A stretch of DNA of 51,292 nucleotides. Source: Moniliella sp. 'wahieum'. Taxonomy: Eukaryota. Shown in pieces: positions 36,140-48,718 of the stretch (its first letter is position 1; each line of letters starts with the position of its first letter). The notes beneath the pieces were generated by a model, which worked only from the letters and a program-made list of their open reading frames with translations, was not told the DNA's origin and did no database searches. A program made the position numbers and the translations under genes. Location of the stretch: contig RSEE01000043.1 in assembly GCA_003971905.1 (NCBI GenBank), positions 496,001 through 547,292 on the forward strand, read 5' to 3'.

Positions 36140-37112
36140 TTAGATGTGAACGAGTCCGTCTCCGATCCCCAGTAGGGGTCTGTAACTTCCCAGCAGCGGC
36201 CTTGGAGCCCACACTGAACTCAGGTCCTCCTTTGTGATATCATCCCAGAACTTGTACCCATCATGATGGCAAAAAGGATGGCGAGCGTGCCAAGAAAAGG
36301 CCATCGACATAATGTTTTGTCCCGGTGCATACGTCGGTCGACACCCCCATCATCAGCACCAGCCCCGCGACGTAAAATATGGTGGCAAATAAAGGTCGCC
36401 AATGGGCCAAAGAGTGTCGAGGGTACGAACACGATCCATACCTGGGTGGTGAGCCAGATGAGGATGAAGATCAGTGGCATGATCATATGGACCACATAGA
36501 GCCCAACATGATGTTGTGGGTTAAGACTGTTTCCCCATCCCTTAAAAGTGGCCGCGGCGACGACAAAACCGACGACCCAAAGACCGAGCGTGGAGCCGTA
36601 CAGAAAGAAGGGATTGCCGTGTCCATCCTCCCAGAACTGAAACCGACAAAGCCATTGGCCATAAGACACCAGCTCAGGGCAGGACGAGACCGATGTGAAC
36701 GGATACAATCCACAGGTACGCACCTGAGTAGGTGGAATCACAGCCGAGTCGAGGAAGATGCCGAGGATTTCCTCAATGATGTAGAGGTAGAAGAAGAGGC
36801 TAATCTCGCGCCGGCCAACGGCCGTGTACTTGGAGCGAATGTGGTAGAGCATGATGAGCACCATAAAGACCAGCAAAGATGTGCATCACACAGGTAGCTG
36901 TCCCAGAACGCACATCGCGTCAACCTCGGGCCGCCGGCGCATCCAGAAAGCAAAACAGGCGGACGTACCACACTGGAAGACGAGGGTGCTGCCGAGCTGC
37001 ACGCTACGTGCATAGCATTGTGGGCACAATCCTGTCTCGCTGTTGAGAAGCGGCAGGGCAGAGGGGCCACCTCCTCGCACAGGCCGGTGTAGTTGCCGAC
37101 CTGGAACGGCAT
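36140..37112 (-). CDS. CHS7: Chitin synthase export chaperone Chs7
   Basis: CYARSVQLGSTLVFQ, intron 36898-36968, MLYHIRSKYTAVGRREISLFFYLY, LMANGFVGFQFWEDG, GTLAILFAIMM and YKFWDDITKEDLEFSVG. Frameshifts are present. Confidence 0.92.
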
Positions 37113-39317
37113 GAGCACACGAAGGTGGGGTGGTGGAGGACGACCGATGTTGCTTGCCGTCGGGTCGCAATTGCGTGATGGGCGCGGCCTCCTTGCCTTT
37201 GTATCGGAGATGGGAACTCGGCCGGGCCATAATGCCAGGCCAGGCACGGCCTGCCACTTACTGCGCTGCCGCAGATCACCCCCTCCCGATCGGCGGCTGG
37301 ATAAGGCACAGCGGCAGTGCACATCCCCCGGGTGCCTCGCACTTTCTTGCACGCCGGCACGTCGGCAGTGTCAGCCGCTCTCCTCTCCACTCGCAACGAG
37401 TAGCCCGGTGGCGGAGTGAACGCTAAACGTTAACTAGAAACAAGCAACACTAGAGTGGCTAATAGCAACTAGGAGTAGCTAGCCCCAAAGCGCCCCCCTC
37501 TCGCGTTTCTCCAACCCGTGCTCCTTCAGATGAAAACCCGGTGGGCCAGGGTTCGGACAAGAAGGGCCATTCATCCGAGACTGCTCTCACGCCTCGATTT
37601 CTCCTAACGCAATATTCATCCACGTAGGCTGCTTAAACTTGATGGGCACCCTGGCAGTGCGCCAAGACTCCCCCGAGGACTATAGGCTTCTCAGATCTCA
37701 CGCCTCACACGATTCATAGATCATGGCATGGCATTGGGCTTAATGGCATAATTGACACCATCTGTCAGGAGACGGAGATGGGGGAAAGGGTGCAGATGGA
37801 TTGCATACATCTAGTGGGCCAAGGGCCCCCTAGCACGGCGTGAGTCTGACACCATCGGTCCCACTAGGTGACGCAGTGACGATGTGAGGAATTCCAGGGC
37901 ATCCCTCTGTCTGCTCTCCACCGGCACTAAGTCTTAGCGCCTCCATTCTCCTATTATAGGCGTACGTGCACAGACGCTCCTTTTCAGCTACCCTCATACC
38001 ATCGCACCCTTTCACATGAAGAGCTTCACACTTCACACGCCCTCCTACCGGCCACTCCCCTTCCTTCCCGAATATAATAATAAACTGCCTCGAAACATCA
38101 TCGACCCATCTCTTCGTCCCGTCAAGCTGGCGGACCCAGTGTGGAGCAGAAGGGCAAGAATAAGTTTGCTATGTTCGGGCCCTCCTTGCGCCGAACTGAA
38201 GGAGACTGTGTCGATTTTGGCTGTCAGGTAGGGACCCAGCCGGGAGTCTATGTCGTTGAGTTCGAAGAGTTTGTTGCTGCCGTGGCCCCTCAAGAATTCT
38301 TCGAGGTTCCCCAAGTGGTTCGCCACACTTTGTTCAGTTTTGGTTCCCCGCTAAATCCGGTGCAGTGTGCTTGGCATTGACTCTCACAGCTAATCGAGTA
38401 AGGTCAGAGGTCTGGTTGTGTCAATAGCAGAGAGGTCTTTCAGTTGAGCAAGCTATGTTCCCGTCGGAGCTTCGAGTTTGGCAGTCCGCTTGCTCTCTGA
38501 ATCAAGAAGAAGCGCAATTCCTCCAACTGAGCCTCCAAAACCTTTCCCCCAAACCAGCTTCCGACCCTTTCCGCGTACCGAGACAAAAAGTGCGACTCGA
38601 GTTTACACATCCTCGTCTTTTGCCGACCCACAATTTGTCCACAGACTGGGTAGCTGTCACAGATTCTTCAGCGTGCGTAACCACTTTCCATTCAACTGGG
38701 ACTGGACTAGGACTTGATTCGACGGGGCGGGGAGAGCATCCACGCGACTGAATTGGCGAATCCAGAAGGTGAAGACGCCAATGGATCGTGACCATGAGAG
38801 CCAGCAATGCTTACAGACAGAGAGGATTAAAGGAAATAACACAAGTAGAGAGAGAATGGGGGAAACAATAGAAGAGAGGGGGAAGTTATTGCGGCAGGCG
38901 CTCCCGGGAAAGGTAAAGTGCTAGGGTTCCTCTGCACTGCCCTCAGTTGATCGATGACGCTCGCTTGTGTATAGCAAGGTGGAAGGTTCCGCTCGCGGGC
39001 CGCGCACCCCCTACGCGCTCCATATCTCCATTCTCCTCTCTCTCCTGTCTCCTTCCCTTCAGATAACGCTTGAAAACGTGTGGCTCACCACGTTGCCTTC
39101 ATGCCTTGTCTCAAGGCGGCTTTGGAGCTGATCCCATGATAGGATCGCCTAGTGCTCCCAAGTCACACTCTAGCACCTGCCCTTAAGGGAGTTTCAAAGT
39201 TTCACAGACCCAAACCGAAAACCCACAAAATGAAGCCAAGTCCAATTGCGATTACTTCGTGGCCGGCAGCAACCATCGCAGGCCCGGTCTCGGGGCTTTT
39301 CAGGGACTGCGACTAAC

Positions 39318-40830
39318 ATGAGCCAAACCGATTTCGGTCCTCCCGGTGAGGCAGGCCAATATCCCACCCCGCTTGGTTGATCTGATCGAGAGTGAGGTTC
39401 TGGAGGAACAAGAAGATCAATGTGTGGGCTGTGGCGGAAGAGGAGTGCGGAAAGTGGAGCGGGCCTCGATCCCCTCATTCGGTACACTTGTCTTTACGTC
39501 GTTCGCCTGTGCCCTTTGTGGACGGCAAACGAGCGATCCTGAACCCCAGTCTCCCAAGCGGAGTGGCGTCGAGTACTGCGTGCGTCTCAGGACCCGCAGC
39601 GACCTGGCGCGACAGGTGGTCAAGTCCCCCTGGGCGTGTGTGCGTGTGCCCGAGTTGGAGCTGGAGATCCCGCGGCAACGCGCGCGCGGTTACCACCCTG
39701 GCTCATCTCCTTCTCGAAACTGTGGAGGATCTGGAATTGGCCCAACCGGTTCGGCAAATCGTTGCCCCGCCTGCATGGGCCCGGATCGACAGCCTATGCC
39801 GCACCCTCCGAACTGTCCTTGGCGCCAGCACCAACGCAGACTCAGACCAGGCGACAGCTAACCTGCCCGCTCTCTCGATTCAGCTCGATGACCCGAGTGG
39901 CAACAGCTTTCTCCAGCCTCTCCCGACGCAGGAAGAGGATCCGTGTTGGACGGCCCGGGAATATGCGCGTACCATGGCCCAGGACTTGGCTCTGCTTGGC
40001 CCCACCCCTAACGAGCCCGGCACCCAACTCCAACACCCCACCGATACAGCGGGATGGGGCAGCTGTCCACAATGCGGCGCGAGGGAGAAAGAGTGGTCCA
40101 ACGCTGCATCCCCCGCAGTGCCATGCGGTAGAGCTGAGGGGGGCTTGGTGTGGGCAATGTGGGTACGAGGCTACGGAGGTCAGGCCGCATGGGAGCGTGG
40201 CGCCGCAAGGAATGGGTGGCGCTGCAGGTGCAGGTGCGGGGGGCGGAGGATTTGCAGAGAGAAGTGATCACCTCGGCCTCGGCATTGTTGGAGATCCCTG
40301 AGCTGGGGCTACGGCTTCTTCCAGGCACGCTGCAGGCGCAACTGACGACTCTGGAGGCGTTGTTGGGGCAAGTACATGAGCTGGGCCGCGCGGCAGCTGG
40401 TGGGGCCGGCGCCGACGCCGACGCTGGTGTTGTTGACAGTGACCGCGCTGGTCCTGGTGCCGGTGACGGCGGCCACGAGGAGGGTGCTACCCTGTTCCTG
40501 GCGCGGCTGAGGGCGGTGGCAGCGGGGCAGGTGCCGTTCACTATGGTTCTGGACGACGGATTGGCCATGATTTACATCCAGTCGCTGGGTGCGACAGGTT
40601 TGGACAGCCAGCTGCAAGTCCAGGACTATGTGCGTACTTGGGAACAGGACGAGGCACTGGGGCTAAGGCAGAGGTCAGAAGCTGTGGCGACCGGTGTGTT
40701 GGATGCTGCGGACACACTGCGACGGCCTGGAAGCAAAGCCAAAATGAGCGGGGGGGGTGACGATTACGAGGGGAAGAACGAAGAGCAGAGGAGACAAAAG
40801 AGACCAAGATTAAGCGGAACTGGCGAATAA
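39318..40830 (+). CDS. ZPR1: ZPR1 zinc-finger family protein, divergent
   Basis: Two ZnF + A/B modules: CVGC..CALC, DLARQVVKS...VPELELEIP, VTTL, LDDPSGNSF, EYART; then CPQC..CGQC, EDLQREVITS..LEIPELGL, LTTLEALL, PFTMVLDD and YVRTWEQDEALGL. The start is uncertain and frameshifts are present. Confidence 0.85.
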
Positions 40831-43400
40831 ACGGGAGGATGCAGTGACCAAGAAAGCTCCAAACTTTCACAGGCCATCGCCAAGGTAGTGGAGGCATAGC
40901 AGCATCATTCTCTGTCCCATGCGGCCCCAGGCTATCATGCCATCGATGACATCCGCCCTCAACTCTTCTGCCTTACGCATTGTTGGGTTCACGTTATGCA
41001 TCATGGCACCAGGTCCCGGACCAACCCGTTCACAATGGTCACCGCATATTTCCGTCGGTGTAGGTACGAGGCGATGAATCCATTCGGGGCATACTGTTCT
41101 GCGCCACACCAAGAAGAATACCCAGCTGTGGATGAGGTCGTATAATGACGGTGAAAAGTGAGCCTATCCTCTCGTACCTGGTCCGCTCCTCTATGGATGG
41201 CCAGCTATATTCGTTATCTCGAAACAATTTTCGCTTTGGGGCACTATCTTCTCAGCATCCATACTGAGTACTGACTGTTGCCGCACCAAGGAAAAGGGCC
41301 GCTCGAGGATCAGGGATTGGGGAAAAATGAGGTATGAAACAACTTGTGCTTCCACTGCAGAAGAATCATCTCGGGCCCGCCGCGTTGTGACGTGATGGAG
41401 ATAATTGTTTCCCTAGAAAGACCCTCTGCAATGCTAACACTAGGCCACTGTTCTGTCTAGGCGTCTGCGCCTTCGTTTATTCACCTGTGTGAGCGTCCCC
41501 TTTGCTCCTTGGTCCAACCTCTTCCACTTCATACCTTACTGTTCACCCTCTATGCTGGCGATCAACTCCCTATATGGTTCTTTCAGTCAGAAAGGTTAAT
41601 TGGCCACGGCGTATCAGTTGCAGGAATGCTCAAGCATGACAGAAACGTAGATCATGATGTTCATATCCGGATGTGTTGGCTGTGCGTGGTGACTGTGGGG
41701 CGGAGGAACTGGAATGAGAGATCTGTTGAGAGGGCATAGTCTCGTTCGGACTTGGTTGCAATATAAACAAACGGTTGGATTCTGGGGGATGTAGTGCGTC
41801 CTATACAATGTGGTTCTGTCAGGTATCCATGCCCTGGCGGTGAAGAGGAAAAGGTGGAGGAAATCGACCAGATTGTGACCACAAAAGATGCGTTGGGATG
41901 GACATCGTTCAACGTCCTCATTGGCTATATATATTGGTATACGTAATAGAGGCTACTGCTACGATTCAATGACATGAAGCTCGCTCCAATTTCCAATCTT
42001 GCATCCCGTCCATCTCGCTCTCCTCCCTTCCTCTGGTCCGTGTTCCCTGCTTGACGCATGATATCTGAGATGCCTCTGACATCCTGCTACCTCCCGCGCG
42101 CCACGGCCGTTCTCCCACTGTCTCTGACCCGAGGACCTTTTGTTGGTCTCCCTCGCTTAGCCTTCTCAACTGTTACAAAACAACCCCCATATTTATTTCC
42201 TGTTAGCATGTTAGGCCTTAGGCCCCTCGGGGAAAGGATCCGATTCAAGGTGTGGATTGATAAGGTTATCGGTTATCACTGTGTTTAACTTGTAGATGAA
42301 GCGGATGATCGATGACCGGACCGGTGACCGAGGATCGATGATTCGATGAGGATCGAGAATCAAGCACTGAAGCGGCTGAAGCTTTTTGACGCGTGACGCG
42401 TGACGCTTGAAGCTCTTGACATGAAGCCCTCCACCGGGTGAGGCCCCCGGAGTTCCGAAGACGAGCGATCCGAGCAGAGAGCAGAACCGGAGTGGTGGAT
42501 CCGAGTCTCGAGGCAGCGGGGCTTAGCGCTTAGAACTTATTGCAGCAGCCGAGTAGAGTCTACCATGTTTACTGTTCGTTTACTAGCGTTGGACACCATG
42601 CATTCTGGCCGTGTCTATCGTCTACCGAGCCCTGGTCGAGGTGGTGCACGGTTGTGCTGCTCGGCTGAAGCGCTGAAGCGATGAGTCTCAGCTGACAAAT
42701 GTCATGGGTCGGCGACGCTGCCCGGCTGAACCGGGGCGCCGCAGGGTTGTGCAACTCGTGAAAAGACATGGACGCGTGGAGCGTGAGGAAGATGGGACGC
42801 GTGAGAGGCGTGAGGAAGATGCGGCCGATTGCAACGCGAATGCACTCAGGCTGGCAGGCAGCGTACCACGTGAGGCGCGGCTGCTGTTGCTGGCTGCTGC
42901 TGGCGGTGGCTGCCGCGTTCGGTTAGATGTGGCGCGGGGGGAGGGAGCCGCTGGGCCGGATCGGAGGTGGGAGGCCTTGGGCAGGGTGCACAGGGTGCAC
43001 ACGGGTGCCTCTGAGTGCTTCCCAGACACACCGGCAGTTGGCGGCTCACACTGGCGTAGCGCCGGGCGCTTCTCACGCGCTCACGTGTCGATGCGGGGCA
43101 CATGTTGAATGATTGATCAGTCACGCGTCACGGCGGTGCGCCTGGGACAGGGGAGGACATGCGCATCGGCCACGGTGCATGGGACGTCAACGCTAGGACA
43201 GCGAGGACACTGCACAGGTCCTAGTTAGGTGAGCCGAGAAAGTGCGGCGGCTGCGGAAACAAAGCAGCACTACATACTCGGTCGCTGCCTCTGTTCGCTT
43301 TCTCGGCTCGGCGGGCACGTACGCCTCGTACGCCTCCCTCGGCACGCACTGCGTGGGCGAGACACGCTATAGCCGAAACCATGCCGTCAGTAAGTAGTAG

Positions 43401-43437
43401 CTAGTAACCAGTAACTAGTAACTAGTAACTAGTAACT
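43401..43437. repeat. Heptamer microsatellite (CTAGTAA)x5
   Basis: ctagtaa ccagtaa ctagtaa ctagtaa ctagtaa ct. Confidence 0.9.
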
Positions 43438-44568
43438 CGCAGCAGCGCGTAAACCCCCATGGGGCGCCTTTGGGCCTTTGGGCCCCGAGTCTTAGGATGT
43501 AGGCCTTTCAGGCTCAGGGTTAAGAATTTATAGGCTGAGCCGGCAGAACTTCAGAAGCATTATGATGCAGGGAGAGACGTATGACCGTTCAGTTGAACAA
43601 TGAATTTGCCGCCCTTGCCCGTTCCCCCGAAGCCCCCGCCTGACGCTGAGCCCTCCCTTGCGGCTGAAGACTGACATGTGTCATGTGACGCGTGACGGGG
43701 GACACTCCCCACATCCCGACCAGTGAGTCACCCATGTCGCTGTGCCAGCTGAGAGATCTGAGATCTGAGAATCCGGGAGGCTCAGCGCTAGCTAAGCGCT
43801 AACAGCGCTTAATGCTTCGTGGCACCCAGCAAACTATTCGATCCTTCCCGGAGTATGGGCAGCACACCATCGTTCCTTCCCGCCGAATTGGGTAAATTGG
43901 CAATCGCCGCGGCCGAGTGCAGCCGCGTATCCCCGGGGGCTCTGCCAGGGTCTGCCTGGGACAGTCGACGGGGCTTTTGGAAGCGCTGGCGACTGCGGTC
44001 CGCGGGCAGGCTGTGGCGATACTGCACCTCTGCGCCTGCGCCCCCATGCCGGCGTCCGTCCGTCGGCAGGGGCTTGTGCGTTCGCGACAGCGCAGCCGGG
44101 TGCCGAGGGGGGCGTTGGCCAGTGGCGGCTGGCAGATCGCTCAGCGCAGCCTGTCGCAGGCTGGCGCACACCGAAGGAGAGGCAGTCTGCCATGTAGCAA
44201 GCATAGTGCACTCGCCAGGTACGCCGCCCACGGACAGTGTGCTCGTCATGCATTCGCGCCAGCCATTATTAGTTCCAACATAGCCTGCAACACGCTTCCA
44301 CTTTGCTCCGATGGGGCCCTGCTCCCCGCCACATCCCTCCGAACGCAACGCAACCGTCTGCAGCCCAGTGCAGCCCTGCCCGCAACCCACCCTCTCCGCT
44401 CTCCCGCGCCCTGGCCCACCAGCCGCTCCGCACGCGCTGGCCTGCCTGCATGTCCCTCAGTCTCCTCCCCGCCGTCTGTGCTTCCCCGCCCGGTCCCCAT
44501 CCCCATCCCCGTGCCCGTCCTCCCCCCACTCCCTCTCGCCCCCTCTCGTCCCCCCCCTGCGCCTGCCC

Positions 44569-46558
44569 ATGCCCCGCCACCCGCCTCCAGATCCCCAGCC
44601 TGCGTCGGGCTCCGACCCGCCTTCGGTTGCCTCCGACCCGGACCAGGACCCCGAGCGCGAACACGAGCGCGAACGGAGTGCGGCCGAACCTGAATCTGAG
44701 TCTGAGCCCAATGCGCCTGCGTCCGCCCTGGCCGTTGACACTGCGGCTACTCACCCCAATCTCCCTGCCGCGCACACTCACACCACTGCCATCCCGTCCG
44801 ACCCCCCCTATCGCCCCCCCACAGCGACGCAAGGAGCGCGTGTGCGCGCGCGAGAGCAGCAAGGGCAACACAATGCCCATCCGCAATCGAACTGGGACGT
44901 CCTGTTCGGCATGCCGGCGCTTGAAGCGCTCGTGTGACCGGCCCAAGATGCTGAGCAAGGCCGGGACCGATCCGTATGCGAACCGGAGGTGCACGCTCTG
45001 TTGTGAATATGGGTTTGCCATCTGCAGTCCCAACGACGACGAGACGCAAGTGCCGCCGCTGATGAGCAACGAAGACTTGCACCATACGTTGCCGCGCCTG
45101 CACCGCCGCCAAGGCAGGGCAGTGCGCAAGTTGCGTCGACAGTTTGCAGCAGGACTCGGCGTTTCCCTCGACTGCCACCTCAACCGCCACCTCCACCTCG
45201 GCCTCGTATTGCACGCGCCGTCGACTGATGACTACCCCCCCCCCCCCCCCCCTCCCTTTGCCCCGCGCCCCCGCTCCCGCTCGCCGTACACGTACACCTA
45301 CCCGCCTCCTGCCCCCTACTGGGCCGAGTACCCGCCGGGCGACCCCCGTGCCATCGTCCGCTCCGCCCCGCCCCATTACTACCACCACCACCACGCCATG
45401 GCAGCCGAGTATGGTTGGGAGAGAGAGAGGGAGAGGGAGGTACGAAAGCGCTGCGCCGTTGGCCTCCTCCCCATCTTACCGCACCTCGCTTCCTTCCTTC
45501 CCGTCTTCCCTCCCACCGCTCCCCCCTACGGGGCCCGAACGCACCGCGCCTACTCCTTCAGCGACCGCCGCGAGGCCTATTGGGGCCCAACGGCGGAGCA
45601 GGCGGAACGTGGCAGCGACCGCCCCGAGCCTTACTTCCTACCCTTCTCCCATCATGCCCACCCTCGGTCTCCGCCTCTCGAACATCCCTCGATGGTCGAA
45701 GGCGGATACTCCCGTTCTGGCTATCCTCCCCCTCAGGGGTGGGAGCCAACGGGCTACCCTGCCGTGCCTCCTGCGCCGACAGGGCCAGCCGGACGTGCAG
45801 GCGGGTACGCCCCAGGCCAGCGACTGCCCAGCATGCGGCGTCCGCCCCATCCTATCCCCCAAGAAGCCCCTGGCCGAGAGGGGAGGTGGCAGCGTCGGCA
45901 GGCAGGCGGCTACGAGGCAGGCGGAGCGGAATGGACCTACGAAACTGACCCTCCTACGCACTGGGCCCTCCACGCCGCCTGTCCGCATGGGAGCCTCATC
46001 CGTTCCCTCATCGTCCTTCTTATCCCCCCCCCTAACCCATCGTGCATCTGTCTCAGTGCCGAGTGCGGAGTGCGGAGTCGCATCTCAGCTCGCAGCCCTC
46101 GGTTTGCCTGGACATGCTCCCACGCCTTGCTCCCCCAACACACGTCCAGTCGTATTTTGTTTCGTGGAAGAGATCCCTTGATGGGGTCCCACTCACTTCA
46201 CTATCCATATCCGCGATGCAATGGAAGAAGAATCCGTCTCCTGCCAGTTGCGGGGGTAAGGGGAATCTTGTCCCTCTCCAGAACCTGGGGGGCAGCAACA
46301 AGCTGGCGTGCGTTCAGGAATTGTGGTGCTTTGCTATATCTTGGTGGGCGGGTTTTGTGGCAGAGTACGGCGAGGAATCGGCACGTTGGTGTGGGCGGAG
46401 GGACCATTGCGGTCGGGGCTCCGCGCCCAAGGTCCAGTCCATTCAAAATGGGGAATGGTAAAATTGTTCTTGTAGGAGGGGAGGACAACAGTAAGAGAGA
46501 CACCGAGCAGGGACAAGGACAAAAGGGAAAGGCAAGAGCAAGATACACGGCATGCTGA
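44569..46558 (+). CDS. Zn(II)2Cys6 binuclear cluster transcription factor
   Basis: CSACRRLKRSC-x18-CTLCCEYGFAIC at about 44903-45025, followed by Pro/Tyr/His-rich low-complexity sequence. The start is 44569 (via one frameshift) or 44873. The true stop is probably earlier than 46558. Confidence 0.72.
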
Positions 46559-48718
46559 ATTGGAAATTGAAGGGAGCAAGTGAGTTAACGCGTTCAACAT
46601 ACCAAAGGTCACGTAAATATGTAACAGTCACAGATTGCATTTTGCTCCCTTGGAGATCTTAGGCCCTTATTTCAGCCCCTTGAGGCCTGATTAATGCTCT
46701 CACTTCTTCACCTCCGTGGTATTCGTGAAGGTGATCGAGGGCAATACGAGATGTGTGCGTGGGAAACCAGCTTATTTAGGTACAGTGCGTGTGGAAATGG
46801 ATCCCAGGCTCAGCGTTATATGTGCATCTTGGGGGACATATATATATGCAACAGCCGATAGCCACTCCGGCATTGTGGACAGAACAGACATCAGGGCCCG
46901 GCGGTGTGTGGCTTTCACTGAACTGGACACAGTGCACAATCCGTCCGTCCGTCGGACCCTTATGGCGAGAGTCAACGATATCCGTCCTGGTCCTCGTCTA
47001 TTCCCCCCATCGTCAGCATCCTCGAGAGAATGGGGAGAGGAAGCTCGACCGTCAAAGCGGTCTCACAGATATGAGCCTAGATTGTATTAGTAGGCGCAAC
47101 CGGGAAACGTGGAACACACGATGAGAGCCTCGGGAGTCGATGGAGCCAAAATGTAGTCGGTGTGTTTTGGGACGCCATTGATACATCCGACCGCAAGTAC
47201 GGACAATGAGAAAGGGAAGTGGTTCAGTGCAGGTAACGACTATATCCAAAACGGAGTAGGGACGTTTTGGATTACGACAAGTGCATCTCTATATCGCGAT
47301 GATCACAAATGGGCGGACCGACCTCACGACTGCGAATATTTCCTCAGTGCAATGTCGATCAGTGTATAGTCCCGAACCCACGCTCATCCTGAGCTGCGAC
47401 AAGTGTTTGCCCAGCACGAACTGAGCCGAGGGGATACTCACAAGGTACGAGGTGGTGTGCGGCACCGTCACCATCAGATACTCTCTCCATCTTCGCGGGA
47501 GAAGAAAAGCAAAGGAAAGCGGGCGATAAACCCACATACGGCTGGGGTGAGATGAAGAGAGGCGTACACCAACTGGGCCGGGTCACCTGTTGAAGGTCAA
47601 CCTAGTTGGACCGGTTCCATATGTGAGAACAAAAAATGTGGATATATGAGAGGACGGCCCAGGAATGGATGAATTTCTAACCGCATGGCCGTTAAGAGAG
47701 GAGACTGATATACCGCTATTAAGAACATAATGTGGCAGCAGCTTCGAGTACAGCACAGCGCGGAGGCGACGCCCTCCGTTACAATCGACTATATCGTCAA
47801 GTGTTACAAGTGCTATCTACTGACGGTTACTACAGTAAACAAAAAGGAGATGCGAGCAGTCGAATGCATTGTGGAAAATGAATGGGAAAGTCGGACAGGG
47901 ATTAGGTACACAGAGCTCTGCGAGTCGCTTCCCCGCAGTTCTCGTGCGATTCCCACTGCGAGACCGTAAAAGAACCTGGGAGTAGAATTGAGTCAACCGT
48001 GCGGGAAGGTATAGTGAGCTGTGTAGAGAGTGCCTCTTCCATTTCTCTTCTCCAGCTCTAAGCAGTGATGCCCAAGACCATGACGTTGACTTTGGTGTCG
48101 TACTCACCTTGTTTGAGCCCTTCGCGCGACATTCCGTACGGGGCTCCAACAAGCATGTTTTGGTAGTTGTCTTCATACTATGGTTGCCGTCCCCTTTAGA
48201 ATGACAGACCAACATGATGAAGCTTCATGTCGTGTCAGGAGGCTCCGGAGGACATTGCCGGCCTTAACGTCGCTGTGTATAGTCTACCTTGCCTTGATCC
48301 TAGCATAGATGCAACTCCCCAGAATACCACGACCACCATACTACGATTTACCTTCCAGAGCAGTTCGACCTTCAGCTTCAGCTGAGAGCGAGTGGGATTT
48401 AGATCATGGGTCGTATGTCCAGACTCCACGTCAACCTTATGGCAACCACGGTTCTTGGTTGGACGCCAGGGATCCAATACGATGACACTTAGTTACATGG
48501 GACTACCCGCCACGACGAGGCTTTCCACACGTTTCCATGCAGTTGTGCGGCCCCCGTTCTACGATCGCCCAAGAGGGCACTTGGAGCAGCAGCAGCCAAG
48601 GGGCGCGCGTGAGCGCTACAAGAAATACCATGACAGGGGGGGTAGAACGGAGTTGGTGTGGCGGCGAGAAGGACAAAAGAGAAGGGATGCGAAAAACAAG
48701 GGCGGAACAGGATGGGGT

